From the NCBI GenBank assembly GCA_043228905.1, contig JBHGNT010000003.1:5022001-5086000 (forward strand): a stretch of DNA of 64,000 bases, given 5' to 3'. Of the stretch, positions 1 through 13,639 are shown piece by piece. The translations under genes were made by a program, and so were the position numbers. The DNA is from Azolla caroliniana. Its lineage: Eukaryota > Plantae > Polypodiophyta. The notes below the pieces were generated by a model that had not been told where the DNA came from, ran no database searches, and saw nothing but the letters and a program-made list of their open reading frames with translations. Numbering within the stretch: the stretch's first letter is position 1; every line of letters begins with the position of its first letter.

Positions 1-3000
1 TAATGGATATGTATATAAAATCATTTTTAGTAATCGTATCATGAAACTTTTCTCTAGGTACACAGGATATATTACCTCATTCAACTTCGTGGTTATATCC
101 TCCTCACCATCATATTTTACAAATGCACCACGATTACTTTCTTTATTTGAAGATCTGATCTTAATATGTGAGGGTAAGAACCCATGACGTATGTCTTAGG
201 TAAAGTTAAGAAATCCAACATCAAATCTGCTTACAATCTGCTGCAATAGTAGAGTAGAACAAGGACATAATAATCGGGTGGATACAGTCAAGAAAAAATG
301 GCAGAACCTCTAGTTTATAGTCCTTAAATTTGCGAATTCCTGTATCAATGATCGGCAATGAAAAAAGTCAATATAGAAACAAATGCACGTGTCATTAACT
401 TTGACAATACTTTAGATTGACTGGACTTGTATATGTGACTCTCAAGTTTTTCGCTGTAATAATGGAATAAGAACTGTTTTAGCATTCATGTAGACAGTTA
501 ACAAAATTACCGGTTTGTGTGACAGGTGGTGCCCGGTGAAAAGCAGTGGCTTGTTGGTAAAGATTCCTAGAATCAAGTTTTTCTGATATTTCATAATTTT
601 GAGATATTATGCATCCTTTTCCTGTAAGCTGGAGCATGGTGAAGTTCCGTCCACCCAGGCTGGAGGAGAAATTAAATGTCCCAGAAACAAGCTCCATCTC
701 GTTAGATGCAGGCAAAAAGAATTCAAAATGCATATGGGGAGTCTCAAAATTTCTCTCGATATTCTCCTTGTAATTGAAGTTCGGATTCCTCAACTTTATA
801 GGGAACTGCCAGGATGAAACACTGCTGATTGACTCCAAATTTTTTGTCTGATCTCCACCCTTAGCTCTACCGAGAGTTGTGAGAGATGTATCTGGATAAG
901 AATGTGGGCCATAGAAGAATGCATGTACATCCCCAGATTTGAATGAATGTCCTAAAATGACCCTACCTATACCATAAAAGTAACACTCAGACACAACAAT
1001 GAAGCAAAATAAAGAGAGGTTCAAAATCCAGCACATACCCGCCATTATAGGTAAGTCAACACCATGTCTAATATTTGTACATAGATCTGATATACGATAC
1101 ATTTGAAGGTAGTCTGGTGGATATTGTTGCATTCTATGCTCCCACTGCATCAACCAAAAATATGGTATGATTCAGTAAAAATATAGAAGGTATACTACAT
1201 ATTTTTGTGTCATCAACAGGTATCATTAGTGTTTACTTAACTTCATGATTTGTGACATTGTACAAAAGAAGGAGATTTGACTATGCAACATATTAATGCA
1301 CAAGGCTTGCTACAGAATAAAACTTGAATGATGGAACTGGCCAAAGATGAATATTGCATATTAAAGATAGCTTACAGTCTAGACATATAAAATAAGCTTC
1401 GGCCTTATCACCTGTAGCAATGGTGTCTTAGGCTGCCGAATATCATATAGTAACACATGGTTAGTTGAAGCTGCAGCAAACTGGTACATGCCATCATAAT
1501 CAGCTCGGGAGATAGAAGTGAAACATTCATTTCTCCAGTGTTGGTTGCAGTAAGAAGACAAACCCGGTGCACAACTGTCAGCTATACAAGAACAAAACCG
1601 CTTGCTCCCATGCTTTTGCCTCAGATCGACTAGAAAGAGCTTCTTGTTCCCAGCAACAATAAGATTTCTGGGATGCCAAGCATATTCGCAAGTCCATTTC
1701 CTGGTTAATTGACTATGCTTTACATCTACAGGTGACAATTTCTGTTTCTTTATATTTGTAATTGCAATCGCTTCATCTTCACAGCCAGAAACTTCCACGC
1801 CAAAATCTTCCTCCATATTTACCATGAAACAAGGGTCATGAAATCTCTCTGACTTAAAGTCAAAAATATTAATCTCTCCATTTTCAAGCATTACAGCAGC
1901 TTCCCCAGGGATATGTGAATTCCATACAACCTTTTACATCAGACACATTACCAAATGCAGAATCAGTATATATCATAGTGTAAAACAGGAAATGTAAGGA
2001 TAAATAAATGGAGTGCATACATGTGAGGTGCAATATTTGAAACTTTGCGATTCTGGACGACTGAACGAAATACGATCATCCTAAACAAAGAGACCGACTT
2101 CCACGAACTTACAAGCCATATCTCTTTCAATGTGTAGATAATATGAAAGGTTTGTCAGATGCAAACCTCTATCTGACTTGTCAAACAATGAACTTGATAC
2201 AATGTTCGTACAGCAAGAGGTATGTTCCTTGAAGCACCGCAGGACGCACTTTTATCGGCTGTAATCTGCCATTCCGAGTTATAAAACTAACATAAAATTA
2301 CACAATGAAAGTCTTCAATTGAATATGCAATATTTAAATACTTAGACATAGAGAAAGATTGCGCATTCCAATCTTATGAGCTTTAAACTGAAACCCCTTT
2401 CTTGTATTTCTATTTAGTTGAAGGCATGGTTTGACACACAATAAGAACAGGAAAATGTAAAAGAATGAGCTTCCACGTTGGGAACCAAAAGAAGCACTAA
2501 ATCTAAACCATGTAAATTACTTCTTTCATGTATTATTTATTTTGTTTATGTAAATGGCATTTAAAGTTTATAAGTCGATAAGAGTCTAGACTAAAGTTCC
2601 ATAGAGGATATTGAGCTCATTGTACTAAACTAGAAAATGAAGAGGACAATTTGTTGGCAAGCTGTCCACTCAATTTCTTTCCATCAGTCTTCTTCTGGAA
2701 ATTTCTTTTTCATGAAATTTAGATCATTCCTTTTCTCTTTAAATTTTTGCTTTGTTTTCCTTAAAACAATTTGGTTAAAAAGATTAGCATATAAATTATT
2801 GATATAAAAAATCGTGCATATTTTCTACAGATATTAAATGTGGATGAATCCAGTACAAAGATTTTTCCCAAGATTCCTGCAACATATCAATGCATTGAGT
2901 CACTGTCACACATCTCATGCGTTTTTCTGGGCTTCTTCTGAGGGTTAATTTTTGTGTTCCGTTGGTATTTTTCCTTCTTTATTATATATTCAAAAAGGAT

Positions 3001-4224
3001 AATAGTAAGAGAATCATTTATTCACAAATAACCACGGTCAGTAGAAACCAAAATATAACTAACCTGGAGAATGCACTGGCACGTTGATAAAGATGATGAA
3101 TATATGCATGGCTCTTCAGGCACCTTCTGGTCTGATGTGACTGATTCATGTGAATTCGGGATGTATATACAACTTCCTAGATTGCCAGTAGTTGTTCCAG
3201 CAGGAAAAAAGAGTTGTACCTGCCCTCCTTCCATATTCTGCCAAATCAACACGGCCACATATAAAACTATGAGGCTCCAAGTGAACTTCTACAAATAACA
3301 TTCCATTTACAAAGTAACAGTTACTTTAGAATGTAACCTAAGAGAAGATCATAAGATATACCTGAATTCCATCAAGACAGTTCCCCTTCAAATATTTCCA
3401 TTTTTCAGTCGTCCTTTTATCTTCTTCTAATAATTCTATTAGTGTGTCTTGGGGAAAAAAGTCTTCTACACATCTTGCTGCAAAATCTTTAACTTGTTGT
3501 TGCTGCACCATATTCAGAAGTTAAACCCATAAACAGCCATGCATACTATGTGTGTGCAGTGTGTGTGTCCGTGTTCGTATGTGTATGTGTGCATGTCAAA
3601 CAAACCAACATGATTGGTTATGTTGATTAAACACATTTCATCTGAAGAAGGCAGCAAGTTCCCAAAGAGAAGAATACAAAGAAACTAATAAATCTTGCTG
3701 TTCTGCAATTTGACCTAGATATCAGTGGTTCATGTCTCAAATTAACTAGAAAAAAAAAGAACCTTTGGGATTGTCAATGGACAACCAAGATGATCCATGT
3801 TATATTGTAATTTATCTGCTTCGAAGTTAGATGATTTCATTCCTAAAGAGTAAGAGTTACCGGGTCGGTCAGTTCATGAAATGCGCTGTCGTTCGATAGC
3901 ACGCTACCAGTGTCGAGAACATGGCGATAGCCACATGGAGGAGAATGAGAAGCATGAGAACGAGCAGGGGCATCATCATAAATCTCCAGAAACAGCAAAG
4001 GATCTGTATTTGAGGGAAGAGGGGGCCAGAAAGACCAAATAAAGAAAAATATATTAACGATACGGCAGAAGCGGAAGAAAAACTGAATACGAGTATTACT
4101 TACGAGAGGTGGTGGCGATGGTGGAAGAAGAAGAGCTGTAAGATGCAGCTGGGAAGACTGAGCCAATGCACCATGGGGGCGATGGTGATGGTAATGCTGC
4201 TGCAGAAGGATGAGGACGACGCAT
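1..4224 (-). CDS. TAF1C-like protein (RNA polymerase I SL1/TBP-associated factor C, plant family); multi-exon, 3' end outside the window
   Basis: Approximate GT-AG exons: 4224-4104, 4003-3861, 3502-3362, ~3240-3064, ~2266-2167, ~2079-2020, ~1930-1411, ~1144-1039, ~967-511, ~226-76. Motifs WCIGSVFP, LFFPAG, VVWNSHIPGEAAVMLENGEINIFD, WTCEYAWHPRNLIVAG, LLYDIRQPKTPLLQ-WEH and HSFKSGDVHAFFYGP match my recollection of plant TAF1C-like proteins. Confidence 0.7.
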
Positions 4225-4333
4225 CTCCGTGACGAGGGAAAGACAGTCTCCTCCACCGCCTCCTCCTCTTCGTCTTCTGCTTCTTCTTCTTCGTCCATAG
4301 CACTTCTCTTGAGAGACCAACCATTCAGTAGTT

Positions 4334-4506
4334 AATTAATTAAGGTCTTAATCCATGACATTAAGGCTCTATAAAACTCCTAATCCATGAGATTAAGAGT
4401 CTACGAAGCTCTTAATCCATGAGACTGGGAGTCTACTAAGCTCTTAATCAATGTGATTAAGAGTCTACTAACTTCTTGATCCATATGATTAAGCCTTAAT
4501 TAATTA
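4334..4506. repeat. Tandem array of about five 32-bp palindromic units bounded by 13-bp inverted repeats
   Basis: Unit consensus CTCTTAATCCATGAGATTAAGAGTCTACTAAG starts at 4345, 4377, 4409, 4441 and 4473 (partial). The ends are TAATTAATTAAGG ... CCTTAATTAATTA. Confidence 0.85.
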
Positions 4507-5719
4507 TGGATTAATCGGAACTATGTCTCTTTCATCTTGGCTTCCAACAAAACATGGTTCTAGGATCAAATCCCGATGACGAACAAGGTGGATATTGGCC
4601 TAACGCCCACACCTTGGATTATGGCTACTTCGTTTACATCCAGGCTATAAGCAACATGGGAATGAGGTCAAGATCCTAGCCGTTGACAACAAAGCAAGTA
4701 AATGGGGGTGATGTGTCGACACCTTGCTTGATGCTTTGCCCAAAGACGTGAGCACACATAACCAAGAAGACACTCTGTATTTGAATGCTCTCTTTTTTTT
4801 ATCATAATTAGCTTACCCTATTGGTAAGTTGTTACATTACAAGCATTATGTCTTGGTGGGTTTGAAACCTAATTTTCTCACCTCTCTATTATGTACTTCA
4901 TGCATATCTCTTAATTCCCTAGACGCCACTGTGGAAATTTGAATGCCCTTTCTCTCTCTAAACATGTAATATGTGAAAACGTTACGTTCTTAGTTTCATG
5001 TGTCATATCATATATGTATATAACTATTCTTCTCTTTTTCGGTAAGTACCTTACGCTAGTGGTAAGTTGTCAAACTAACAAATCTAAGGCCTTGGGTCTA
5101 GGGCTTCACTAGCACACCTTTTTTTTTCTCCATGATTTTCTAAGTGCCATTGTTGAATAATGTAGGGGTTGAGCGCACAACCACTTGGTCTTCGTTGGAC
5201 AACCTTAACAAACTCTCATTCCAATTCTTAATGGACATTGAACACGCAATTAGTTGGTCTTCATAGGACAAATTTATCACCACTCGTTCCACTTTTCATA
5301 ATGGACTTACTCACTCTTCACAATATATAATAAATAGCATAACAAGAAACTCAAGTGAAAGTAATCATATTTGTTTCTTTTATGTATAAAAATGTCATCA
5401 TACAACATGACAATTAAAGTTTGACCAACATAAACTCTCAATTGTTGAAAAACTTACAAGACTTGCTATTTGAGTTGAGGACAAAAAGTGTGGTTTGAGT
5501 GGGTGATATGTCATATGCATATGATTGAGGGATCTCAAACATTTTCACTATCACTATTGATGTTAATCAAGGGTGTCTATTCTCACCAACTTTCTTTGAG
5601 TTGTGCATTGATTTATTACAAACAAATGGTTCACAATTTTACACCACAATTAGAATTAGAATTAGAATTTCTATTGTCTATAAAGAGGCCAATGTTGACC
5701 TATACATGTGTTCTTGATA

Positions 5720-7230
5720 CGTGTCCCCTTCCTAAGAAGGGGTATTCATACATTGAAGCACAAAGTTTGTATGCGTGAATAAAGCATACACATATGAGCG
5801 CAACCTTCTAGGTGGTGTCTTAAGTATGGCACTTAAGTTATCACTCCATCTTAGTATATCACCATATCTTGAACGAATTGCACTATATGTCGAGCATGTG
5901 AAGAGCAAGTGACATTCATCCTCTACCATGCCTTCATTACATACTTTATATGCCTTCAAATCCGTTACATTTTGATACCATGATACAACTTCAATATCTA
6001 ACTTGTGAGATCGAGTGTGAAGTAGTGCAAGGGCTCTACAAGCATTATTACTCATATTGGTAATGAGATAAGGTTGAATACGATCAATAGGCATTCTTGC
6101 TTTATATTGAGACCAACATTTAGGGTTGATATTTGCCATGTAGTATTCTAGCTTTGTCCTCTTAGCATCTTCCCACTTTGTTCTTAATGATTCCACTAAC
6201 CTTTCCTCAATCATTACATAATGCATAACATCACCCGAAAGCTCTAAAAGATCATCCACGCCCCATCTTCTAAACCATTTCCTTATGTCAACAACCCAAC
6301 AGGATGAGAGAATCTTACTCGTATGATTCTTTTGTTGCATACATCCAACATTCCAAGCAAGATGTGGTAATCAATGCTTTGGCATATTCTTGACAAACCT
6401 TGAAGAGAGAACCATTTGAAAGAGAGTCAGTCATATTAACAAATAATCTTGTGTTTTTACCAAGTACTTTAGAAGATACACAAAAGCTCATGAGTATATT
6501 GGAAAAACTTTGCATGCAAATTAAGACAAGTGCCAACAACTTCAGAACTATGGTTCTTTCAAATACTCTTGATCAAGATAAACCATGCATTGTGTGAGAT
6601 AATGAACCTCTTGAAACAATAAAAATGTTTATAATATACCTTTGTCTTGAGGTTCCTTTTGATCATAGATAAATAAATAATAAATATGTGTTCTTGGCTT
6701 GAAATTGACATTTAGAGCTTATCATTTGTTCCAAAACATAAGCTATGAAGGAGAGAACAAATTATAGGTTCTCCAAAAATAATTGTTTTAACATTTTAGT
6801 GAATAAATTTGCTTCTCTTTCAAGGTTGAAGTGCGTGGTGATTGCATCTCTAATTTCACTTGGAAAGAGTTTAGAAATGTCTAAAACCAATTTCTTATGA
6901 AACTTCTTCAAATCAAGATACATGTGCCATATCACCATGCACATCTATACAAAACCAATTCCTTGAGGGAATTATTGAGACCATATGGCATCTCATTGAG
7001 AGCAAGGTTTGTGGACTACATGTTGGAGATTGTAGAGATTATATTATATCAACTAAACACCAAAGTGTATTAGCAAGACAACTAGCTAGGTTTATCGGCA
7101 ACTCTAGCTCATGTGTTTCTAAGTTTGGAGAAACCAACCTAGGAATACTCTCTATTAGGTTGTTGATCTCCACTTCCATACTATTGGTAGTTGAACTAAA
7201 CTCACTTAGAACTTTGTAATACAACCTACG
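5720..7230 (-). mobile_element. Degenerate non-LTR retrotransposon (LINE) remnant
   Basis: ORF 5732-6340 has the C-terminal Cys/His motif VCNEGMVEDECHLLFTC. Upstream fragments include KNMPKH*LPHLAW and an RT-like HMYLDLKKFHK. Many stops and frameshifts. Confidence 0.7.
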
Positions 7231-7856
7231 AAGAAAAAGAATGCATGGTCATCTTCAACATTCCCCAAATCCCTTGCTTTCTACACTTTCAAAGATGAAT
7301 CTCAAGCACATTTGGCCCTCGACAAAATTTAGATAAGGAATTCAGTTGCAAATACATCAAGAGATCTGAATACTTGGAACATATCTAGAGTATGTGACAG
7401 ACAAGATCTTGCCAAAAAGAATTGCTCCAAATCTTACAATAGGACAAAAGGGCAATCAAGGATGACCTCCACTATTCAAACCATACAGTGCATTAATATA
7501 CAAATGCAATATATTGATAGTCCCGTTCTCATAGGTCAACCTTCTCTTCCATAAAACACTTTTCCAAATTTGAGCTTTAGGCGGATTATTTCTTCTATGC
7601 ATGACATAATATTTTAGTGGAATATCATGACAAAGGAATATTCTTAAAAGATACCATTGAAATACACAAAATATTGGCAATTAAATTTTATGAGGGATAC
7701 AATCATTAAATTGGACCTGTCAATGAAACCAGTCCCAATATTAACTGCATAATCTAGCTTTGGATTGAAATTCCATTGGAGACAAATTGAAACGCATAAT
7801 TCCAGTCAGCCCTTAAAATATTCCAAGGTTGTAAATGCTTTACATATGAAGAACTT

Positions 7857-10800
7857 TTACGAATTGCAGCTCTCTTTCAGACGAGAATCATCCGAGATTG
7901 GCAAAACTCCGATGGAGGTGACCAGAGCATCTATAGGCACATCTGTGCTATCCGTGGGGATAATTTCATCTAGAATCTGTAATGAGTATGCTAATCCCAC
8001 TGCAAAAGTAATTTCAATCATTAGAAATAGTCAGAGTATATGGTTATTTCAACACTAAATTCATGAAAATGAGTAAATACAGCAAGTAAAGACTCAGCTC
8101 CATTACATGGAGTGGTAAGAAAGAAGAAAGTACATAGAAATGATATAGAAAAATGATTGCAGGTAAAGCTAAACTGATTTTTTTCATATTGGGGCTTTAT
8201 CCTATTAGTGAAGTCATGTTCATGTTAACTCATGCACCGGACTTCAAATTTCACTAATTCCACTAATTTACTAGAACACTGTACAATGTAGTCATTGAAT
8301 CCGCAAGCTTCTGGTCTTTGCCAGACATGGATTTGGCATTCAAAACAATCCGACCAGCCGTTATTCCCTGAAAATTTATAGCAGGTGAATGCCCTGGTTG
8401 AAACCAAGAATTGGAACTGTCAAGAAACAAAAGTTGACCTTGAACCTTTCCTTATTGTTTGCCCATTCTGAAGATTTCACTCGCCTCAATTGTTTATCTC
8501 TCTGTTTTCCCCCATTACTGGACACAATTTAGCTTCCACTATTCAAATTAATTTTCAACCGTGATGTTTCAAAAACACCCTGAGGGAGAGCGATATTCAA
8601 CTTTCAAAACCTTTAAAATTTCAGGTGTGAATTTTGAATTGTCTTTAATGTCATTATCAAAGTGACAAATCAATTCATATTGATGGACAAAAATGCATTA
8701 AAATTTACACTTTCGGAATGCCTTGTATGGCATCCATATTCTTGTCCTTGTTCTCTAATCATGGTTTGTCCATGTTCCCCATCCTTAGGAACTCTGGCTG
8801 CACATTTCACACTAATGGAAAGGCCAAATTGGATTTATATTTATGGACAGAAATGCATTAAAATTTACACTTTTAGAATGTCTTGCATGGGATCCATATC
8901 CCTCGTCCGTGTTCTCTAATCGTGGCTTGTCCATGTTCCCCATCCTTGGGAACTCTGGCTGCACAACACACTACCATCTACTTGTCCATTGAACACACTA
9001 GTGGAAAGGCCAAATCGGATTGGCCTAGTCTGAAGTTTCCAAGTGAATTCGAGTTAGAGAGAGAGACCTTGTACATTATATTGTACCTACTATTGTGAAT
9101 AATGAGCTACCAGCAATGAGCATTGATTCTCTAAGGGAATTGCCTTTAGAAGATTTGACAGCCACCAAGGAGGCTGAGCAAAATATGTACAAGAAAAGAG
9201 AATAGCATAATATTAATTGACTATCAAGAAAGAGGGAAGAATTCAGCTGAAATGGGAGCCTAATCACACAGCAGAACAGAATATGTCCGCCACCGAGGTT
9301 AAGCCAACTAAAGGAGGTGGAGTGCTACAAGTACCACCGGAAAAGGCATTATCAAAGAGACTATTGTGGAAGCATCTGCTGATGTTGACTGATCAATCAG
9401 GGATTGTGATGTGGCATGGCCAACTTGCCTTACCTTGAAAACTGGAAAGAAGGTGTTGTCAGATTCTGGTTTCCTGCCAACCCTGCCTTACATTGACTTT
9501 CAATTCTATGAGGATTGCACGCTCAGAAAGGAAAACAAGAGCAGACATAACATGCATGTGGAGGTCGCTATGAAAATTTTGGTATTGGTACACTACAATG
9601 TTTGCGGACAATGCCTCTCTGCATGCCCGGGGGAACGGGGTGCAGTTGTCCACTGGAGATAAAGAAAGGAGTGAACATGAAGGCTCTCTAGTCAGACAAT
9701 GGCAAATATTTTAATTCCGAGCTCCGGATCTTTTGTGAAGATCAAGGAATCAATGACAACTGATGGTGCTCTACACTCCAGTGCAGATTGGTATGTCAAA
9801 CAGTCCAGGAACAGGTGATGTTGCAACACCCAAATCTCAACTGCAAGTTTGGATAGACACCATGCTAACTCCAGTCAATGTCATTAACCTCTCCGCAAGC
9901 AAAGTAAAAGGATTGAAGGTAGTGCTGGCATTGTGGATCAGGAAAGCGACATTTGGCTACAAAGCATATGCCAAAGGATCTTTCAAAGAAGTCAATGAAA
10001 TGCACTTTCCCCAGGTATGAACCTGATACCAAATTCGCGTATCGATGGTAATCACGAGTAGCATTATCATCCTGTCCAAGGAGAACATCCATGAGGAGCT
10101 ACACGGATGGTTCCTTTTTCCATACCACATAGCAAAGATAAGGGACCAGCCAAAATTCGACTATCTTTTGTGACAGTCAAAGCACAACCACACTAGCATG
10201 GAATCTGGTCTTCCATGTCAAAAGCACGTCAAAGTGCAGCATCACTTCATTTGAAACTAGTCAAGAAGGACTGGGTCATTCTGTAAAGATGCTAGACCTC
10301 CACCTTCAAATGTCTCTATAGGCACTTCCATCGTAAAGAATAGTATTGCATTTGCCCCAATAATGCCAAATGTTCTAATAGTGAGAAGAAGACCTTCTAT
10401 AAGATCCAAGGGCATTTCAAGAAAAGGTTTTGCCTCACTAGATACGAAGCAACATCATGTGCTAGCAAGAATGTTCAACTAGGCAACTTATTAGGAAGGA
10501 CTTCACGTAAATTTAGAGAGATCCAAGCAGGGTTTGCTTAACTAATTTACCTTGTGTCTCCCCACACTCATACTCTTGTCTATCTTGTACCTAGATCTAG
10601 TATCACCAATCTTTCACCTGTGGATATATTAACATTCAGATATTTTTTCTATTTATAATAGGTAATGTCTTGTCATGTTTCTTGTTATCAGACAGTATAT
10701 CAGTTCTCACTGAATGTATAACTTATTTGGTTTCACGGGTAGTTTACCACTTTGAAACTACATTATATGGACATGCTACTCAAACACAGAACAATAATGC

Positions 10801-12744
10801 AAAGCTGCTTACCTAGTAGTGGAGGCTTCCAACCCTTCTCTTTGGCAAGAAGTTCATACTTCTTTAAGAAAGTATCATAGTACCTATTAACCAAAATGTA
10901 GAAATCTTCTAAGTGAATCTGAAGGATGCTTTTTCAAAACATACAAGAAAATAATAAAATGGCTGCTTTCTTTGAATAGAAATGCACAATATATGAATCC
11001 TATCAAGTTGCAATATGATTTCTAACTTCTACCAAACATAACTACTGCACCACAAAACATACCCACCACCCCGACCAAGTCGTCTCCCACCTCGATCAAA
11101 AGCCAACCCTACAATATAGACAACTACCTTCAAATTGTACAAATTTGAACATATAATTCCTTATTCTAACAAGTCACAACCATCCACATATTCTTTAAGA
11201 AATCAAATTCACAGGAAGTTGGGAAACCATACCAGGCAGCAATATTAAATCTATTGGTTGGTCAGATTGGGTCACTACAACCAGAGAAATTTGTTATTCA
11301 GTTTATGCTATAATAAGGGAAACTCGTAAATATACCAAGAACACACATCACCATCTTTATGGGGATTTCCTTTTTCATCAATTGGATTCGGCTCCAAGAT
11401 CCCCATTGAATTAGCAATCAAATCTCCTTGACTGGCAATGTGGAAAAACTTCATATGGCTTTGCTTGTCTTCAATCCAAGGAACATAGACTGTCTTTGGA
11501 TGGTCTGAAATCCAAAGTGACCAAAAATCCCTATTAATATTATGGCTAAACTGTTTTGGAACAACAAAATGGTAATCCGATAGACATTAGACAACATATC
11601 CAAGTAGATTGAATGGGAATATTACGAAGATCCCCAATCAGCTTAGACAACATGCCCCACACCCATAGCAGAAATCTATTACCAAGTCTGAGGTGGAACC
11701 CATGTTGCATCTATCTCCAACCAAAGCAGATAGGTAAAGGATGAAACATGTAATAGATACTTCAGAAACATCTGTTGGTGCTGGAAAAAGCTCCATTGAC
11801 AACAGCAAAATTATGGCAATAACATCAATGAAGCAAGAGTCCTAGAAACAGTACATGAGAGTCAGAAAAGAATGCTGGCATAGGTTGATGCAATATATGC
11901 ATGGTAATGAGGACTGTCATGAAACTTGCTTGAGCCAAAGGGATGGGCAAGAGCAGGACGGGATTTATACATTGGTTTGCTTGCTCCATGTTGCTGAGTT
12001 CCTGAACCTATATCCTTCATATGAAATTATTGTCGCTACCAAGCTAGGGAACAAGACATTGTCCCTTTCTATGGGTATATCCATCCATCTCATGGGGATG
12101 GATTCCTTTTCCTTACATTGGCCTATTTTCAGTAAACCTATGCTTGGGAAAAAACACCTCAGTGCTCAGACTATCTGTTCGATATGTATATATATAACCT
12201 ATCAGCGAGCAATTAGGCTATCAATATACACAAGTTCATAGGTTCGAGATGGATCCATCTCTCTCTCGCTCTCTCTCACACACAGATAAACCTGATTGAG
12301 CTGATTGAAATATGTTTGTAAAGATCAGTGATGTGCCGACTTCCCGGATGGCTGGACAGCTAATATAGGCACAAATCCTGCTGCTATTTATGTACCAGGG
12401 TGCTTCAAGGACATGTTTCTGAATCAACGGATCTGCGAAAGAAGGGAAGCCACTCTGAATTCATGTAGAACTGCAAAACGAGATAACGACCAGATGCGGA
12501 AGGTATAAGAGATGCTATTACCCTCCGCGGAGGAAATTGAAGGGTAGCGAAGCCGGAGCTCGCGCCTGACACGAGACCGCACGGCGCGCTTCTGATCGAA
12601 GATGGATGGGGAAGCCATGGTTATCGCTGCTGCTGCTGCTGATGATGATGATGATGGTGATGGAGATGGTGATGGAGATGGTAATGGTGATGGTGATGGT
12701 GATGAGTGAGGTATTGAAGAAAACATCATGCGCATAGTCCGCAT
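7857..12744 (-). CDS. 5FCL: 5-formyltetrahydrofolate cyclo-ligase (5-FCL/MTHFS) with a probable organellar transit peptide, ~272 aa, 7 exons
   Basis: Exons 12744-12522, 12432-12292, 11504-11352, 11274-11233, 11108-11063, 10883-10813 and 7999-7857 join in frame (819 nt). Motifs IFDQKRAVRSRVR, VLEAPW, CAYISC, VYVPWIED, NSMGILEP, PGLAFDRGGRRLGRGGGYYDTFL and DVPIDALVT are present. Confidence 0.93.
8683..8965. repeat. Two-copy ~160-bp tandem duplication in the last 5-FCL intron
   Basis: TGGACA.AAATGCATTAAAATTTACACTTT...CCATGTTCCCCATCCTT.GGAACTCTGGCTGCACA occurs at ~8683 and ~8844. Confidence 0.8.
9300..10450 (+). mobile_element. Highly degenerate Ty1/copia fragments inside a 5-FCL intron
   Basis: Gag-pre-integrase and integrase-like fragments: LPTLPYIDFQFYEDC, LVLVHYNVCG, KAL*SDNGKYF, YTPVQIG. 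No intact ORF. Confidence 0.55.
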
Positions 12745-13639
12745 CCTCGTCTTCCTCCTCCCACACGCTCCACTTCATCGTGCCCATGATCATGCTCCTC
12801 TTCTCCCCCTCCTCCCTCCCCTGCCCCTGCCTCCCTAGTAGAGTAGTGAGAGCCTACCACCATGGGCCAGGGGCTCCTTTTAGATGAGGGGCTTAGAATC
12901 GGCATATCGCCATCCCCATCGGAATAGGCCACGCGATTCGTAGTCGGCATAGGAATGGATCATCAAACACTTCCTTGTCGGCATTGTTGGGATGGGTACA
13001 CACACACACTTCCCTATCGACATCGCAATGGTTAAGGCACTCGCTTCCCCTGCCAACATCAGAATCTTGTCGCTCTCGGCCCCAGACCCAACAATCATAT
13101 CGAGGGGCTCCACTGTGATCCAATAGTTATCGAGGGGCCCGTTTGGGGTGGGTTTAGGGGTGCTAAGGAGTTGTGTAAACATATCAAGTGGGTGTCGAAA
13201 GTAGTTGCCCTTCAAGTTTCTAGCCTTCTAGGGGTGTGAGAGTTTGGGACACCCACTTCGAGGGTGGTATGTTAATGCACATAAGTTTGATATGGTAGTG
13301 ATAAATGGAAAAGGAAAATAAGATTTGTGGGCTTCCAATTCTAGCAAATCCATACATCTCAAGAGTTTACAAAAAAATTGAGCCAAGCACTGTTGATTGC
13401 CATTGGATCCCCAACAGTGATGTTGAATGTTAAGTTTAAGTCACCGATAGAACTTCTTTCTACTTAATCAGTGACAATGTGTGTTATCCTTGTTTGTTTG
13501 TTGTTGTCAACATTTGGGTGGTAGTCCCCTATAGACTATAAGTTGGTTGAAATAGAATGTCATACTCTTTTAAGTGTGTTGATGGATTAACTCCGCCAAC
13601 TTTAATATTGCTCTTGCCACCATTAGTGAAGTAAGGTTA

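Noticed and set aside
4334-4506. CRISPR array (32-bp palindromic repeats)
   Set aside because: Units are head to tail with near-identical 9-nt linkers. There are no unique spacers and no cas genes, and the context is eukaryotic.
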